A DNA stretch of 64,000 nt from Gemmatimonadota bacterium (GCA_036679645.1 JAZDCY010000012.1:97206-161205); one strand, 5' to 3'; shown: positions 30,899 to 42,156, counted from the stretch's first letter. The notes: generated by a model from the letters alone, not told the origin. A program made the numbers and translations.

Positions 30899-31246
30899 CA
30901 GGGATTCACGTCGACTTCAGGCGCGGTTCATTCACCTGGCTGATGATGAAGCTGATATTCGTGAAGGCTCGGCTAGGTTTCTTGCTACATCGACCCCGGC
31001 AGCGTCGTTCGTCATGATCCTCGGATCGATAATCCTGCTCGGGACGGGCGTGACCGGATCTTGTCCCGTTTACGAGGTTCACCGGAGCCTGCGCCGCCGC
31101 CATCACTGACTATTCAGGGCCGTTACACAGTCCACATCCTGTTGTTACAATTCGGACGTTACCTCACGCGGCTGTGAGGGTTCGGCGGGTTCTCCGTCGT
31201 GCCGTAATCGGCCGATCATTCGCGTACTCTGCCGTCTGGAGGCCCA

Positions 31247-31630
31247 ATGCGCTCACATGTCGCTGCCATCATCGCGCTCGTACTGCCGGTCGCTGCCGTG
31301 GCACAGGTTCCGGATTCCCTGCCCGACGGGGTGACCCCGGAGATGATTCAGGAAGGTGCCCAGCTCTTCAACGGTCTCGGCATCTGCATGGCCTGCCATG
31401 GACCGGATGCCAAGGGCACGGCCATCGGTCCGGACCTCACGGACGACGAATGGCTGCACATCGATGGGTCGTTCGAGGCCATCGTGAGCCAGATCCTCGC
31501 CGGCGTACTGGCAGATCAATCGAAGTCTGGACAGGTCATGCCGCCCAAGGGCGGGAGCAGTCTGACGGACGAGCAGGTCCGAGCGGTAGCAGCCTACGTA
31601 TGGAGCCGTCGATTCGCCTCCGATAGCTGA
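31247..31630 (+). CDS. Monoheme c-type cytochrome
   Basis: Signal peptide; CMACH; GPDLTD; MPPKG (axial Met). Confidence 0.88.
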   Translation: MRSHVAAIIALVLPVAAVAQVPDSLPDGVTPEMIQEGAQLFNGLGICMACHGPDAKGTAIGPDLTDDEWLHIDGSFEAIVSQILAGVLADQSKSGQVMPPKGGSSLTDEQVRAVAAYVWSRRFASDS

Positions 31631-31653
31631 TTCCTTCAAGAAGGACAGTCACG

Positions 31654-32724
31654 ATGCCACGTTGCCGGAACACCGTCGTCGTCGGATTCGCATTCCTTAC
31701 GCTGGCTGCGGCACCGGCCGCGGCGCAGGCTCAGTTGGCTGACGGTGTCTCCGTGCGTTTCTCGGGCAGAGTGCAGACGCAGTTCAACACTACGTCGGTT
31801 ACCGGCGCCTCGAGTACCGAGTTCCTCATTCGCCGCGCCCGGTTGAGTGCAACGGTGACCGTGAATGATCTCGTGAGCGGGAAGGTGGATCCCGACTTCA
31901 GCGGCGGGAAGATCACGCTCAAGGACGCATACATGAGGCTCAGTTTCGACCCGCGGTTTCGCCTGACGCTGGGACAGTTCAAGCGTCCGTTCGACCTCTT
32001 CGAGTTGACGTCATCGACGCGGATGCTCGTCGTTGAGCGTTCCGGCGGCATCCGCGGCATCGACACCTGCGCCGGCCCGGGCGGCATCTGTACACTGAGT
32101 CACATGACCGAAAAGCTCCAGTACGCGGACCGCGACATCGGCGTCCTGGCCGACGGACGTCTCGCCGACGGTATGGTCTCATACGCCGTGTCTGTCACGA
32201 ACGGCACCGGAGCGAACAGGGAAGACGAGAACGGGAACAAGTCGTTCACCGGACGACTCACCGTCGAGGTTGCGCCGAACATCACGATCGGTGGCAACGC
32301 CGGTGTGCACGATTATGTGCACCCGACGAGCGGCACCAATCGATACGCCACCGCGTTCGGGGCGGACGTGGAGATCGGGAGTTTCTCAGAGGGCGTGCAC
32401 GTGCAGGTCGGGGCAATCGCCGGCGAAAACTGGCAGGTCCCCGTGGGTTCCCAGGACGCTGCCAATTTCCTGACCGCTCAGGGGATTCTGAGTTACCGCG
32501 TCCCCGTCGTCCACCCTTACGTTACCGGCGTCGAGCCTGTCTTTCGTGTGAGTTGGGGAGATCCGGACACCGACACCGACGGCGACCACGGCCTTCTCTT
32601 TACGCCCGGACTGATGCTCCATTTCGAGGGGCGCAACAGGATCGCCGTCAACATGGACATCTGGTCTCCCGACAGCGGGGACACCGAGTTCTCGATCAAG
32701 GCACAGTCGTTCTTCTTTTTTTGA
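31654..32724 (+). CDS. Outer-membrane porin, OprO/OprP-like
   Basis: Signal peptide; FLIRRARL, DAY, GQFKRPF, RDIG; C-terminal Phe. Confidence 0.75.
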   Translation: MPRCRNTVVVGFAFLTLAAAPAAAQAQLADGVSVRFSGRVQTQFNTTSVTGASSTEFLIRRARLSATVTVNDLVSGKVDPDFSGGKITLKDAYMRLSFDPRFRLTLGQFKRPFDLFELTSSTRMLVVERSGGIRGIDTCAGPGGICTLSHMTEKLQYADRDIGVLADGRLADGMVSYAVSVTNGTGANREDENGNKSFTGRLTVEVAPNITIGGNAGVHDYVHPTSGTNRYATAFGADVEIGSFSEGVHVQVGAIAGENWQVPVGSQDAANFLTAQGILSYRVPVVHPYVTGVEPVFRVSWGDPDTDTDGDHGLLFTPGLMLHFEGRNRIAVNMDIWSPDSGDTEFSIKAQSFFFF

Positions 32725-32734
32725 AATCGCCGGC

Positions 32735-33562
32735 CTACCGCGGAACCCTCACGGAGACACCCGCTCCGACAAACCAATCCTCCGCAGCGGCGTTGAGTCC
32801 GACCCCTCCCAAGACATCGAATTGCACAGCCGCAGCTTGCAGGAACGTGATACCGGCATCGAGCGAGTGCGCCGTGGCTCTCCCGCCGTTTGCCGGAAGG
32901 GTGCCGAACGCTTCGAGGAACGCGCCGACACGATCGGAAAGCCCCGCACCGATAACCGCCGTGTAGAGAACATCGGCATCCGTCGAGATACCGCCGGCCC
33001 CGTCCACCATACCGGTCAGCACGACACCGACGTTTGCGCCCAGTGACACCCGCTCGGAGAGCGAGTGCGCGGCTGCGAATCTTATCTCGGGAATGACGCG
33101 CTCGGCGCGGAACTCCGGCGACCCCGTCGGAATCGTCGCGGTGCCTATGACCGCGACCTCCGATTGCGAACTCCCGCCCCCCAGCAGTCGGAGCTTCGCC
33201 CCCAAGTTGGTGTCTCCGAACCCGGTCTGGTCGCGGTCCACCCCATCGCTCGTCACCGACCTCCGCATCCAGCCGCTGACCCCGACGCGGGCCTCGAGCC
33301 CGGGCGCCAAACCAACCCTGAACAGTATCTGCGGGACGGCGATCGAGTTCTCCCGCGTTCCCCCTTGCCGCTCCCCGGCTACGGTGAAACCAGCCTCGAA
33401 CTGAAAGAACCCTGGCCGTACGACGGTGGGAGACTCCGTCTGGTCCGGACGATCCGTCACCAAGGGATCCGGTCGGCCCTGACCCCAGAGAACGGTCATC
33501 GGGAGAAAAAGGCTCAGAATTGACCCGATCGTACCGCAAAAAGGTCGCACGTCGCGCTCCAT
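32735..33562 (-). CDS. Outer-membrane beta-barrel transporter (MetA-pathway phenol degradation family-like)
   Basis: LVTDRPDQTES, G.FQFEAG, GFGD..LGAK, amphipathic strands. Confidence 0.7.
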   Translation of the reverse strand: MERDVRPFCGTIGSILSLFLPMTVLWGQGRPDPLVTDRPDQTESPTVVRPGFFQFEAGFTVAGERQGGTRENSIAVPQILFRVGLAPGLEARVGVSGWMRRSVTSDGVDRDQTGFGDTNLGAKLRLLGGGSSQSEVAVIGTATIPTGSPEFRAERVIPEIRFAAAHSLSERVSLGANVGVVLTGMVDGAGGISTDADVLYTAVIGAGLSDRVGAFLEAFGTLPANGGRATAHSLDAGITFLQAAAVQFDVLGGVGLNAAAEDWFVGAGVSVRVPR

Positions 33563-33612
33563 AGTTAGATATCGCGAATTATAAAATTAGGTGAGACGTA
33601 ATATCAACATGG

Positions 33613-35145
33613 TCAATCGGTTGTCAAGCCGGAGCGCCTCAGTTTGCCCCGGTCCACCTTCCCCAGGTGCGTGCGCGGAAGTGTGGCAAGAAGAACGAAC
33701 CGACGCGGCACCTTGAAGCGCGCGAGACGCTCACGGACGAAGTTCGCGAGTTCGGCGTCGAGGTCTGGATGCGCCTCGCCAACGATGAAGGCGTGCGGCC
33801 TGATGAGTCCGTGCTCATCCTCGATTCCCACGACCGCTACCTCGTGTACCGCGGGATGTCGACGCAGGCAGCTCTCGACCTCCTGCGGTGACAACCACTT
33901 CCCTGACACCTTCAACATGTCGTCCGCGCGCCCGCAATAGGTCACGTAGCCCTCCGCGTCGCGGCTGATCATGTCGCCGGACACATACCACTCTCCGCGG
34001 AAGGCGGCTCGCGTCTTCTCCATCTGCTGCCAATAGCCAATCGCACGAGAGTCCCCCCGCACCCAGAGTGCACCGATCTCGCCCGCAAGCACCTCGGTGC
34101 CATCGTCGTCACAGACCTTGACGTCGAACCCGGGCACGACCGTACCGAGCGTTCCCGGTCGCACCTGCCCGGGACGATTGGAGATAAAGATGTGCCACAT
34201 CTCCGCCGTGCCGAGTCCGTCGAGCAATTCCACTCCGAAAGCCTGCATCCAGCGTTCGTGCAAGTCAGCAGGCAGCGCCTCACCAGCCGACGTAACGAGG
34301 CGCAGCGAGGAAAGGTCGCGCTGGTTTGCGTCCGGCTCGCTCAGCATCTGGTTGATCATTGTCGGTACGTTGACCAAGATCGTGGGTCTGAACTCTTCGA
34401 TTTTCTCGAACAGGCCCGCCGGCGTGCATCGGTCCGGAAAGAGGACCGCTGCCGCGCCTACGGAAAAGGGGAAGAACAGGTTCGAGCCGGTGGCATATCC
34501 GAAGAAGAGCTTCGGCACGGAGATGGTGATATCCCGCTCCGTGAGGCCGAGCACGCCCTTTCCATATAGTTCGGTCGTGTTCGCAAATGCGGCGTGGGTC
34601 TGTACCACGGCCTTCGGCTGCCCAGTTGTCCCGCCGGAGAAGAGCCAGATTACCGCATCATCCCGGTGAGAGGGGAAGGTCTCGAGGTGATCCGACTGTG
34701 CCGCCACCCGGTCGTCCCATGCCGGGTCGCCCACTACGACGAGATCGTGGAGATGCCGGGCGTCACCTGTGGCGGCCGCAAACGTCTTCCGTTGCTCGGT
34801 ATGTACGATTGCAATCTTGGCGCGCGTGTACTCGAGGAAATAGCCGATCTCTTCCGGCCGCAGGTACGGGTTGACCATCACCACCACCGCACCAATCTTC
34901 ACCGTACCGAAGAGCGCGGCGACGAACTCGGGTCCGTCCGGCAGCGCCACGATCACGCGTTGCTCCGGCTCGACTCCGGTATCACGCAACATGTTGCCCC
35001 AACGATTCGCGAGCGAGCGCATGTCGCGGAACGTGAATGTGCCGCGATCGGTGAGCAGTGCCGGGCGATCGCCTCGACCCTCGCCTATGCGTGCGTCAAG
35101 GAAATACTCGGCGATGTTGAACGCTTCCGGTGGCTGGAATGTCAT
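33613..35145 (-). CDS. Benzoate/anthranilate-CoA ligase family (AbmG-like)
   Basis: FSGGTTGQPK, KLFFGYA, SAGEAL, DGLGTAE..HIF, GRADDMLK, GKVDR. Confidence 0.88.
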   Translation of the reverse strand: MTFQPPEAFNIAEYFLDARIGEGRGDRPALLTDRGTFTFRDMRSLANRWGNMLRDTGVEPEQRVIVALPDGPEFVAALFGTVKIGAVVVMVNPYLRPEEIGYFLEYTRAKIAIVHTEQRKTFAAATGDARHLHDLVVVGDPAWDDRVAAQSDHLETFPSHRDDAVIWLFSGGTTGQPKAVVQTHAAFANTTELYGKGVLGLTERDITISVPKLFFGYATGSNLFFPFSVGAAAVLFPDRCTPAGLFEKIEEFRPTILVNVPTMINQMLSEPDANQRDLSSLRLVTSAGEALPADLHERWMQAFGVELLDGLGTAEMWHIFISNRPGQVRPGTLGTVVPGFDVKVCDDDGTEVLAGEIGALWVRGDSRAIGYWQQMEKTRAAFRGEWYVSGDMISRDAEGYVTYCGRADDMLKVSGKWLSPQEVESCLRRHPAVHEVAVVGIEDEHGLIRPHAFIVGEAHPDLDAELANFVRERLARFKVPRRFVLLATLPRTHLGKVDRGKLRRSGLTTD

Positions 35146-35180
35146 GCGAAGATGATGCGGTCTGGGGAGACCGGGGGTCA

Positions 35181-35945
35181 ATGCCTGTCCATCACTTGAG
35201 TGAGATCACATGGGAAGAGATGCGTGACCTGCCAACGGGCGGGGGCCGCGCGGTCGCGGTATTGCCCATCGGCGCCCTTGAAGCACACGGACCGCATCTG
35301 CCGCTCGGCACCGACGTGATCATTGCCGAGGCAATGGCCCGAGCCGGCGCGGCGCGTTTGGCCGAGCGGGGCTACACCGTGCTGGTGCTCCCTGCGCTCG
35401 CCTATGTGCCCGCCCCCTTTGCTCGCGATTTCCCGGGCACACTGTCGGTTCGGGCTGCGACGATGGGCGCTCTGCTCGGTGACATCGCAGAAAGTGTATC
35501 GATACACGGGATCACCGTGCTCGCCATCGCGAACGCTCACTTCGATCCCGCCAACGTCGCTGCAATCAAGCGGGCCATTCACGATGTCGGTTCCCGATGC
35601 GATCTCGTCATCGTGTTCCCCGATCTGACATGCCGGAAGCTCGCGGAGCGGCTCACCCCGGAATTCCAGAGTGGTGCCTGTCACGCCGGCCAATACGAGA
35701 CCTCCATCGTCCTGGCCGAGCGTCCCGAGACGGTGCGCACGGCAATGTCGAGCCTGCCCGCTGTGGACATCTCGCTCTCCCGAGCAATCCGTTCGGGGCA
35801 CACGACATTCGAGGAAGCTGGAGGCGATCGCGCATATTTCGGCGCGCCCGCTGCTGCCACGCGTGCAGAGGGAGAGAAGACGGTCCTCGTGCTGGGCGCG
35901 ATCCTCGAGGAAGCGGTGCAAGCGGAGTTCCCCGATGCGTCTTGA
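35181..35945 (+). CDS. Creatininase-family amidohydrolase
   Basis: LPIGALEAHGPHLPLGTD, ANAH, HAGQYETS. Confidence 0.88.
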   Translation: MPVHHLSEITWEEMRDLPTGGGRAVAVLPIGALEAHGPHLPLGTDVIIAEAMARAGAARLAERGYTVLVLPALAYVPAPFARDFPGTLSVRAATMGALLGDIAESVSIHGITVLAIANAHFDPANVAAIKRAIHDVGSRCDLVIVFPDLTCRKLAERLTPEFQSGACHAGQYETSIVLAERPETVRTAMSSLPAVDISLSRAIRSGHTTFEEAGGDRAYFGAPAAATRAEGEKTVLVLGAILEEAVQAEFPDAS

Positions 35946-36702
35946 GGGTCACACCGCCCTGATCACGGGCGGCGGCCGGGGAATTGGCGCCGCGACCGCT
36001 CGCACGCTGGCGGAGGCGGGTGCCACGATCGTCGTGTCGGCGCGTTCCACGGACGAGATCGAGCACGTGGCCGACACGATTCGGAACGGCGGGGGACAGG
36101 CGCACGCCATCACCTGCGACGTGACCGATGCGAGCGCCGTGCACGCACTCGCGCGGGAGGCTGCATCTCGAGTGGGGAGCGTGGACATTCTGGTCAATAA
36201 CGCCGGGATCGCCAGTTCGTCGCCGTTCGAGCAGCAGACGCTCGACGAGTTCAATCGCATCATGGCCGTCAACGCGACCGGCAGCTTTCTCTGCATGCAG
36301 GCATTTCTACCGGCCATGCGCGAGGGTGGCTGGGGACGTGTGGTTAACATCGCCTCTGTCGCGGGGCTCCACGGTGCTCGCTATATCGCGGCGTATGCGG
36401 CATCGAAGCACGCGCTGGTGGGTCTCACTCGCGCCGTCGCGGCAGAGTATGCGCAGAGCGGCGTTACGGTCAACGCCGTCTGTCCCAGCTATGTGGATAC
36501 GCCGATGACAGATGATAGCATCCTGCGGATCACCGAAAAAACCGGACGCTCTCGCGAGGAGGTGCTGGCGGCCATCCTGGCGCAAACCGCGCAGGGCCGT
36601 CTGATTCAGCCAGACGAAGTCGCGCACGCCGTACTCACGTTGTGTGACGACCGCGCGCGCGGCATCAACGGCCAGACCATCGTCATCGACGGAGGCGGGT
36701 GA
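35935..36702 (+). CDS. SDR oxidoreductase (AbmB-like)
   Basis: TGGGRGIG, NNAG, YAASK. Confidence 0.88.
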   Translation: MRLEGHTALITGGGRGIGAATARTLAEAGATIVVSARSTDEIEHVADTIRNGGGQAHAITCDVTDASAVHALAREAASRVGSVDILVNNAGIASSSPFEQQTLDEFNRIMAVNATGSFLCMQAFLPAMREGGWGRVVNIASVAGLHGARYIAAYAASKHALVGLTRAVAAEYAQSGVTVNAVCPSYVDTPMTDDSILRITEKTGRSREEVLAAILAQTAQGRLIQPDEVAHAVLTLCDDRARGINGQTIVIDGGG

Positions 36703-36706
36703 CCGA

Positions 36707-37120
36707 GTGAGTTTCGAGATCGTCAACCCAAAACTGCTTGGGGTGCCGCGTGGCTGGAACAACGGAATGCTCGCGCCCGCGGGCGGGCGTGTCCTCTTCG
36801 TCGCGGGACAGACCGCGGGGCACGGGTTGCACGACACACCCGACATCGGGTTCGAGGAGCAATTCGCGCGCGCCCTCGAGCATGTCATGCACGTGGTCCG
36901 CGAGGCAGGCGGCGGCCCGGAGGACATCGGCCGGTTCACCATTTACGTGACCGACATGGAGGAGTACCGTGCCAGCCTGAAGGCCCTCGGCAGCGTGTAC
37001 CGGAACATCATGGGGACGCACTACCCGGCCATGGCGTTGGTCGCCGTCACGGCACTCGTCGATCCGCAGGCACGGGTCGAGATCGAGGCAACCGCGGTCA
37101 TCTCGGAAAGCCAGTCATGA
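36707..37120 (+). CDS. RidA/YjgF family protein (AbmF-like)
   Basis: LFVAGQ, HYPAMALV.V..L, VEIEATA. Confidence 0.88.
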   Translation: MSFEIVNPKLLGVPRGWNNGMLAPAGGRVLFVAGQTAGHGLHDTPDIGFEEQFARALEHVMHVVREAGGGPEDIGRFTIYVTDMEEYRASLKALGSVYRNIMGTHYPAMALVAVTALVDPQARVEIEATAVISESQS

Positions 37121-37917
37121 CGATTCAAGCCAAATCGTTCCGCTACGAGCACGACACCAGCACCGGTATTGCCACTATCACGCTCGATCGGCCCGATCGG
37201 CTGAATGCCCTGACCTTCCAGGTCTATGAGGAACTCCGCGATACGTTTCGCGCGCTGGATACGGAACGCGACGTCCGTGCGATAATCATCACCGGATCCG
37301 GGAAGGGGTTCTGTTCCGGCGGCGACGTCGAGGATATCATCGGCGCCCTGTTTGAGCGGGATTTCGAGGGCCTGTTGGACTTCGCACGGCTGACGTGCGA
37401 TCTCGTTGCGGCCATTCGTCAGTGCCGGCGTTCGGTCGTGGCCGCGTTGAACGGCACGGTTGCCGGTGCCGGTGCCGTGATCGCCACGGCGTGCGATATC
37501 CGGATTGCGAGCGAGTCGGCCAAGATCGCTTATCTGTTCACCAAGGTGGGGCTATCGGGCGCCGACATGGGGTCCGCGTGGATGCTTCCCCGAATCGTCG
37601 GTCTCGGCGTCGCCACGGAGTTGCTCATGACCGGAGATTTCATCGACGCGAACGAGGCCCATCGTATTGGCCTCTACAACCGCGTCGTCACGCGTGCCGA
37701 TCTCATGGCGACCGCAACCGATGTTGCGAACAAACTCGCACGGGGCCCGTCGTTCGCACTTGCCATCACCAAGGACTCGCTGAATCGTGAAGCCTCCATG
37801 GACCTGGTCGGGGCGCTCGAGGCCGAGGCGCAGGCGCAGGCGGGATGCATGAATCACCCGAATTTCCGCGAAGCGTACGATGCCTTTGTCGCGAAACGGC
37901 CCCCACGGTTCACCTGA
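37117..37917 (+). CDS. Enoyl-CoA hydratase family (AbmC-like)
   Basis: RP.RLNAL, FCSGGDV, NG.VAGAG, GLSGADMG. Confidence 0.9.
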   Translation: MTIQAKSFRYEHDTSTGIATITLDRPDRLNALTFQVYEELRDTFRALDTERDVRAIIITGSGKGFCSGGDVEDIIGALFERDFEGLLDFARLTCDLVAAIRQCRRSVVAALNGTVAGAGAVIATACDIRIASESAKIAYLFTKVGLSGADMGSAWMLPRIVGLGVATELLMTGDFIDANEAHRIGLYNRVVTRADLMATATDVANKLARGPSFALAITKDSLNREASMDLVGALEAEAQAQAGCMNHPNFREAYDAFVAKRPPRFT

Positions 37918-37920
37918 CGC

Positions 37921-39069
37921 GTGGTAGCCGACGTCCGTACCGTTCGCGCGTTCCTCGACGAATCACATCTTGCGCTCGCCGACGAGCTGGCCAGCTTTTG
38001 CGCGAGCGCGTTCGGCAATCGCACGCCACCCCACGACGACGCGTCCGCCCGCGATGAGGCACGCGAGGCGCTCGAGGTCATTGGACGTGCCGGGTTCTTC
38101 CAACCGATCGCAACACAGGATCTCCGGGGTTGTGTATTGAGCCGCGAGGCCCTTGCGGCGGTCTCTCCTCTGGCCGATGCCGTATTCGCCCTGCAGGCGC
38201 TAGGTACCACGCCCATCGTCGTCGCCGGTTCCGACGCGCAGCGCGAACGGTGGCTCGCGGACATGTTCGCCGGCCGGACAATGGCCGCGTTTGCCATGAC
38301 GGAATCCGAGGCCGGATCCGACGTGGGCGCCATGACCACGACGGCGACACGCGACGGAGACACATACGTCCTCGAAGGAGCGAAGACGTTGATCTCCAAC
38401 GCCGGGATCGCAGATGTATATACTGTCTTCGCTAGTACGGATCCCTCGCGCGGCCGGAAGGGAATCAGCTGTTTTCTGGTGCCCGCCGACACACCGGGGT
38501 TCAGGTTCGTCGGCCCACAGGTGATGAGCGCGCCGCACCCTCTGGGGGAAATCGCCTTTGAGGCATGCCGCATCCCCGAGGAAGCGCGTTTGGGCGCCGA
38601 GGGCGACGGATTCGGGCTGGGCATGGAGACGCTCGACCGACTCCGTGCGACCGTAGCGGCGGCAGCCTGCGGGATGGCCGCGCATGCCCTCGACCAGGCA
38701 TCGCGTCACGCCGCTCGCCGCGAGCAATTTGGAAAGCCACTCGCGGAGTTTCAACTCATCCAGGACAAGCTGGCACGCATGGCGATCGATCTCGACGCCG
38801 CCCGGCTTCTCACCTACCGGGCCGCGTGGGAAAAAGACGGCGGAGCAGAGCGTGTGACGCTCGAGTCGGCAATGGCCAAGGCATTCGCAACCGAGGCCGC
38901 ACAACGCATCATCGACGCCGCCGTTCAGATCTTCGGCGGCCGCGGCGTACTCGCCGATCACCCCATCGATCACCTGTATCGTGCCGTTCGAGCACTGCGC
39001 ATCTATGAGGGGACGACCGAGATCCAACATCTCGTCATCGCCAAACAGATGCTCCGTCGTGCGACGTGA
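37921..39069 (+). CDS. Acyl-CoA dehydrogenase (AbmD-like)
   Basis: [34 protein letters not shown]. Confidence 0.92.
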   Translation: MVADVRTVRAFLDESHLALADELASFCASAFGNRTPPHDDASARDEAREALEVIGRAGFFQPIATQDLRGCVLSREALAAVSPLADAVFALQALGTTPIVVAGSDAQRERWLADMFAGRTMAAFAMTESEAGSDVGAMTTTATRDGDTYVLEGAKTLISNAGIADVYTVFASTDPSRGRKGISCFLVPADTPGFRFVGPQVMSAPHPLGEIAFEACRIPEEARLGAEGDGFGLGMETLDRLRATVAAAACGMAAHALDQASRHAARREQFGKPLAEFQLIQDKLARMAIDLDAARLLTYRAAWEKDGGAERVTLESAMAKAFATEAAQRIIDAAVQIFGGRGVLADHPIDHLYRAVRALRIYEGTTEIQHLVIAKQMLRRAT

Positions 39070-41321
39070 AGGTCGCGATTGTAGGCGGGGGACCGGCGGG
39101 GCTCTACTTCGCGATCCTGCGCAAGAAGACGCATCCACGCGACGAGATCGTCGTCTACGAGCGGAACCGTCTCGACGACACGTTCGGGTTTGGCGTCGTG
39201 TTCTCCGGCGCCACCGAGGAGGCACTCGCGGGTGCCGATCCCGAGACAGTGGCAGAGATGGCCCGGTACGCGGCCCGCTGGGATGACATCGACATTCACT
39301 TTCAAGGCGAGTTGTTGAGATCCACCGGGCACGGCTTCAGCGGTCTCTCGCGCCAACGGCTTCTCGCGATCCTCGCCGCACGATGCGAGCGCTTAGGCGT
39401 CGATCTGCGGTTTCAGTGCGACGTATCCGACATCGACACGCTGCGCGACGCCGATCTGCTGATCGCGGCGGACGGGGTCAACAGCGCCATCCGGGATCGT
39501 TTCGCCACGTCTTTCCAGCCCACGATCGATTGGCGTCCCAATCGGTTCGTCTGGTTGGGGACGACCCGTCACTTCCCCGCATTCACCTTCTATTTCAAGC
39601 ACAACGACGCCGGACTGTGGCGTGTCCACGCGTATCAGTACGAAGCAGGACACTCCACGTTCATCGTGGAGACAACGCACGAGACACTCACCGCCACGGA
39701 ACTCGCCGAGGATGACGAGGCTGCTACTCTGGCTTTCTGCGAACAGCTCTTTGCAGAGGAACTGGAGGGCCATCCACTGTTGGCCAATCGATCGGTGTGG
39801 CGACAGTTCCCTACCGTGCGTAACGCCTGCTGGCATCACGAGAACATCGTGCTCATGGGCGACGCCGCTCACACCGCACATTTCTCTGTCGGGTCTGGTA
39901 CGAAGCTCGCCATGGAAGACGGGATCGCGCTCGCACAGGCCCTCGACGCACATGACGATGTCGCCACGGCCCTGGGCGCGTACGAAACCCAGCGGCGGCC
40001 CGCAGTCGAGAGCCTACAGCGTGCCGCGCAGGTCAGCCTCGAATGGTTCGAGGACACTGAACGCTACATGAACATGGAGCCAATACAATTCGGATTCAAT
40101 CTCCTGACCCGTAGCTTCCGCATCACGCACGACAATCTGAAGGTGCGCGACCCCGAGTACATCGACTGCGTCAACACGTGGTTTGCCGCGAAAGCGTCCG
40201 ACCAATCCGGAGTTGATAGCGCGATGGCGCAGCCGGCACCTCCTCCATTATTCACGCCCTTTCGTCTGCGCGACATGCTGCTCGACAATCGGGTGGTTGT
40301 ATCCCCAATGTGTCAGTACTGCGCCGAGGATGGAACGCCAAACGATTGGCATCTCGTCCACCTGGGCAGCCGGGCCATCGGGGGCGCAGGCCTCGTCATC
40401 ACGGAGATGACCGATGTCAGCCGGGAGGGCCGGATTTCTCCCGGCTGCGCCGGGATGTACAAGCCGGAGCACGTTCCGGCATGGGCGCGTATAGTGGACT
40501 TCGTGCATGCGAACAGCAACGCCAAGATCGGCATACAGCTCGGGCATGCGGGCCGCAAGGGGGCCACGCGGCTCGCCTGGGACGGAATGGATGAGCCACT
40601 CGACGACGCCGCATGGCAGATCATCTCCGCATCTCCGCTCCCATATCTCCCTCGGAGCCAGGTTCCCAGGGAGATGACGCGAGCGGACATGGACATCGTA
40701 CGCGACGACTTCGTTCGCGCGGCGGAGATGGCCAATGAGGCGGGGTTCGACATGCTCGAAATCCACTTCGCCCACGGGTACCTGCTGGCAACTTTCGTGT
40801 CACCGCTCACCAACCGGCGCACGGACGAGTACGGCGGGACGCTCGAGAATCGTCTCCGATTCCCGCTCGAGGTATTCGACGCCGCGCGCGCCGCCTGGCC
40901 GCAACACAAACCCATGTCCGTCCGCATCTCGGCGGTGGACTGGGCGCCCGGGGGTATGGAGGAAGGGGACGCGGTCGAGGTAGCGAGTTTTCTCAAGGCA
41001 CACGACTGCGATATTGTCGACGTGTCCGCCGGACAAACCGTCGCCGATCAGCAACCCGTCTTTGGCCGTCAATTCCAGACACCGTTCAGCAATCGTATCC
41101 GTCACGAAGCTCAGATCGCCACACTAGCTGTCGGGAACATTTCATCGTACATGGACGTGAACACGATTCTCGCAGCTGGGCGTGCGGACCTGTGCGTGCT
41201 CGCCCGCGCACACCTGTGGGATCCCTACTGGACCCGCCACTCCGCGTACACGCTCGGGTACGGTTTGCCGTGGCCAAATCAGTACGAGTCACTAAACACG
41301 TACACCCCACGCTTCGAGTGA
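39066..41321 (+). CDS. abmA: Anthraniloyl-CoA monooxygenase/reductase (salicylyl-CoA 5-hydroxylase family)
   Basis: FAD monooxygenase ([34 protein letters not shown]) fused to an old-yellow-enzyme domain (SPMCQY, HAGRK, H.AHGYL, RTDEYGG). Confidence 0.9.
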   Translation: MKVAIVGGGPAGLYFAILRKKTHPRDEIVVYERNRLDDTFGFGVVFSGATEEALAGADPETVAEMARYAARWDDIDIHFQGELLRSTGHGFSGLSRQRLLAILAARCERLGVDLRFQCDVSDIDTLRDADLLIAADGVNSAIRDRFATSFQPTIDWRPNRFVWLGTTRHFPAFTFYFKHNDAGLWRVHAYQYEAGHSTFIVETTHETLTATELAEDDEAATLAFCEQLFAEELEGHPLLANRSVWRQFPTVRNACWHHENIVLMGDAAHTAHFSVGSGTKLAMEDGIALAQALDAHDDVATALGAYETQRRPAVESLQRAAQVSLEWFEDTERYMNMEPIQFGFNLLTRSFRITHDNLKVRDPEYIDCVNTWFAAKASDQSGVDSAMAQPAPPPLFTPFRLRDMLLDNRVVVSPMCQYCAEDGTPNDWHLVHLGSRAIGGAGLVITEMTDVSREGRISPGCAGMYKPEHVPAWARIVDFVHANSNAKIGIQLGHAGRKGATRLAWDGMDEPLDDAAWQIISASPLPYLPRSQVPREMTRADMDIVRDDFVRAAEMANEAGFDMLEIHFAHGYLLATFVSPLTNRRTDEYGGTLENRLRFPLEVFDAARAAWPQHKPMSVRISAVDWAPGGMEEGDAVEVASFLKAHDCDIVDVSAGQTVADQQPVFGRQFQTPFSNRIRHEAQIATLAVGNISSYMDVNTILAAGRADLCVLARAHLWDPYWTRHSAYTLGYGLPWPNQYESLNTYTPRFE

Positions 41322-41330
41322 GGGGATGAT

Positions 41331-42113
41331 ATGACGCAGACGTACTGGAGTTATCTCAAGGTCGACGAACTGCTCTCGCTGCAGGAACCCGTGTCGGATG
41401 GACCCGAACACGATGAGATGCTCTTCATCATCATCCATCAGGTCTACGAGCTTTGGTTCAAGGAGGTGCTGCACGAGATCGACTACCTCAAGCAGCGCTT
41501 GATTCACAACGAGACACCTCGCGCGCTTCACACGCTCAAGCGAGTGCTCACGATCTTCAAGACGCTCGTTGCGCAGATAGATATCCTCGAGACGATGACT
41601 CCCCTCGAGTTCATATCGTTCCGCGACCGCCTGGACACGGGTAGCGGCTTTCAGTCGTTCCAGTTCCGCGAACTCGAATTCGTGCTGGGCAACAAGAACG
41701 CGCAGGCCATCGAGCGCTATCCGGCGGGTCACGCCGGCCGTGTTCGCCTGGAACGGCGCCTGCGGGAGCCGACGCTGTGGGACGCGTTTCTCCGCTACCT
41801 CGACGCGAACGGCTACCGAGCGGAAGAGGACGTGACGGAGCGTGATGTTACGCTCCCAATTCAACCGTCTCCTTCCACGCAGCGAATCCTCATCGACATC
41901 TACCGGAACGATCCCAGCGTGGCTGCCCTGTGCGAGCGATTGCTCGATCTCGATGAGGGGCTGCAGGAATGGCGCTATCGCCACGTGAAGATGGTGCAGC
42001 GCACGATTGGCACCAGAAAAGGCACGGGTGGCTCGGCGGGCGCAGATTATCTGAAGAGCACTCTGTTCACCCCCACCTTCCCGGATCTGTGGGAGATCCG
42101 TACCGAGCTGTGA
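41331..42113 (+). CDS. kynA: Tryptophan 2,3-dioxygenase
   Basis: HDEMLFIIIHQ.YELWFK, SGFQS.QFR, WRYRH, GTGGS.G. Confidence 0.95.
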   Translation: MTQTYWSYLKVDELLSLQEPVSDGPEHDEMLFIIIHQVYELWFKEVLHEIDYLKQRLIHNETPRALHTLKRVLTIFKTLVAQIDILETMTPLEFISFRDRLDTGSGFQSFQFRELEFVLGNKNAQAIERYPAGHAGRVRLERRLREPTLWDAFLRYLDANGYRAEEDVTERDVTLPIQPSPSTQRILIDIYRNDPSVAALCERLLDLDEGLQEWRYRHVKMVQRTIGTRKGTGGSAGADYLKSTLFTPTFPDLWEIRTEL

Positions 42114-42156
42114 TGCCTGCGTACCAACGCGGCTCGGTTCTCGCCCGCACGCTAGG

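Noticed and set aside
30906..31106. 66-aa minus-strand ORF
   Set aside because: No motif or protein-like signal; may be intergenic
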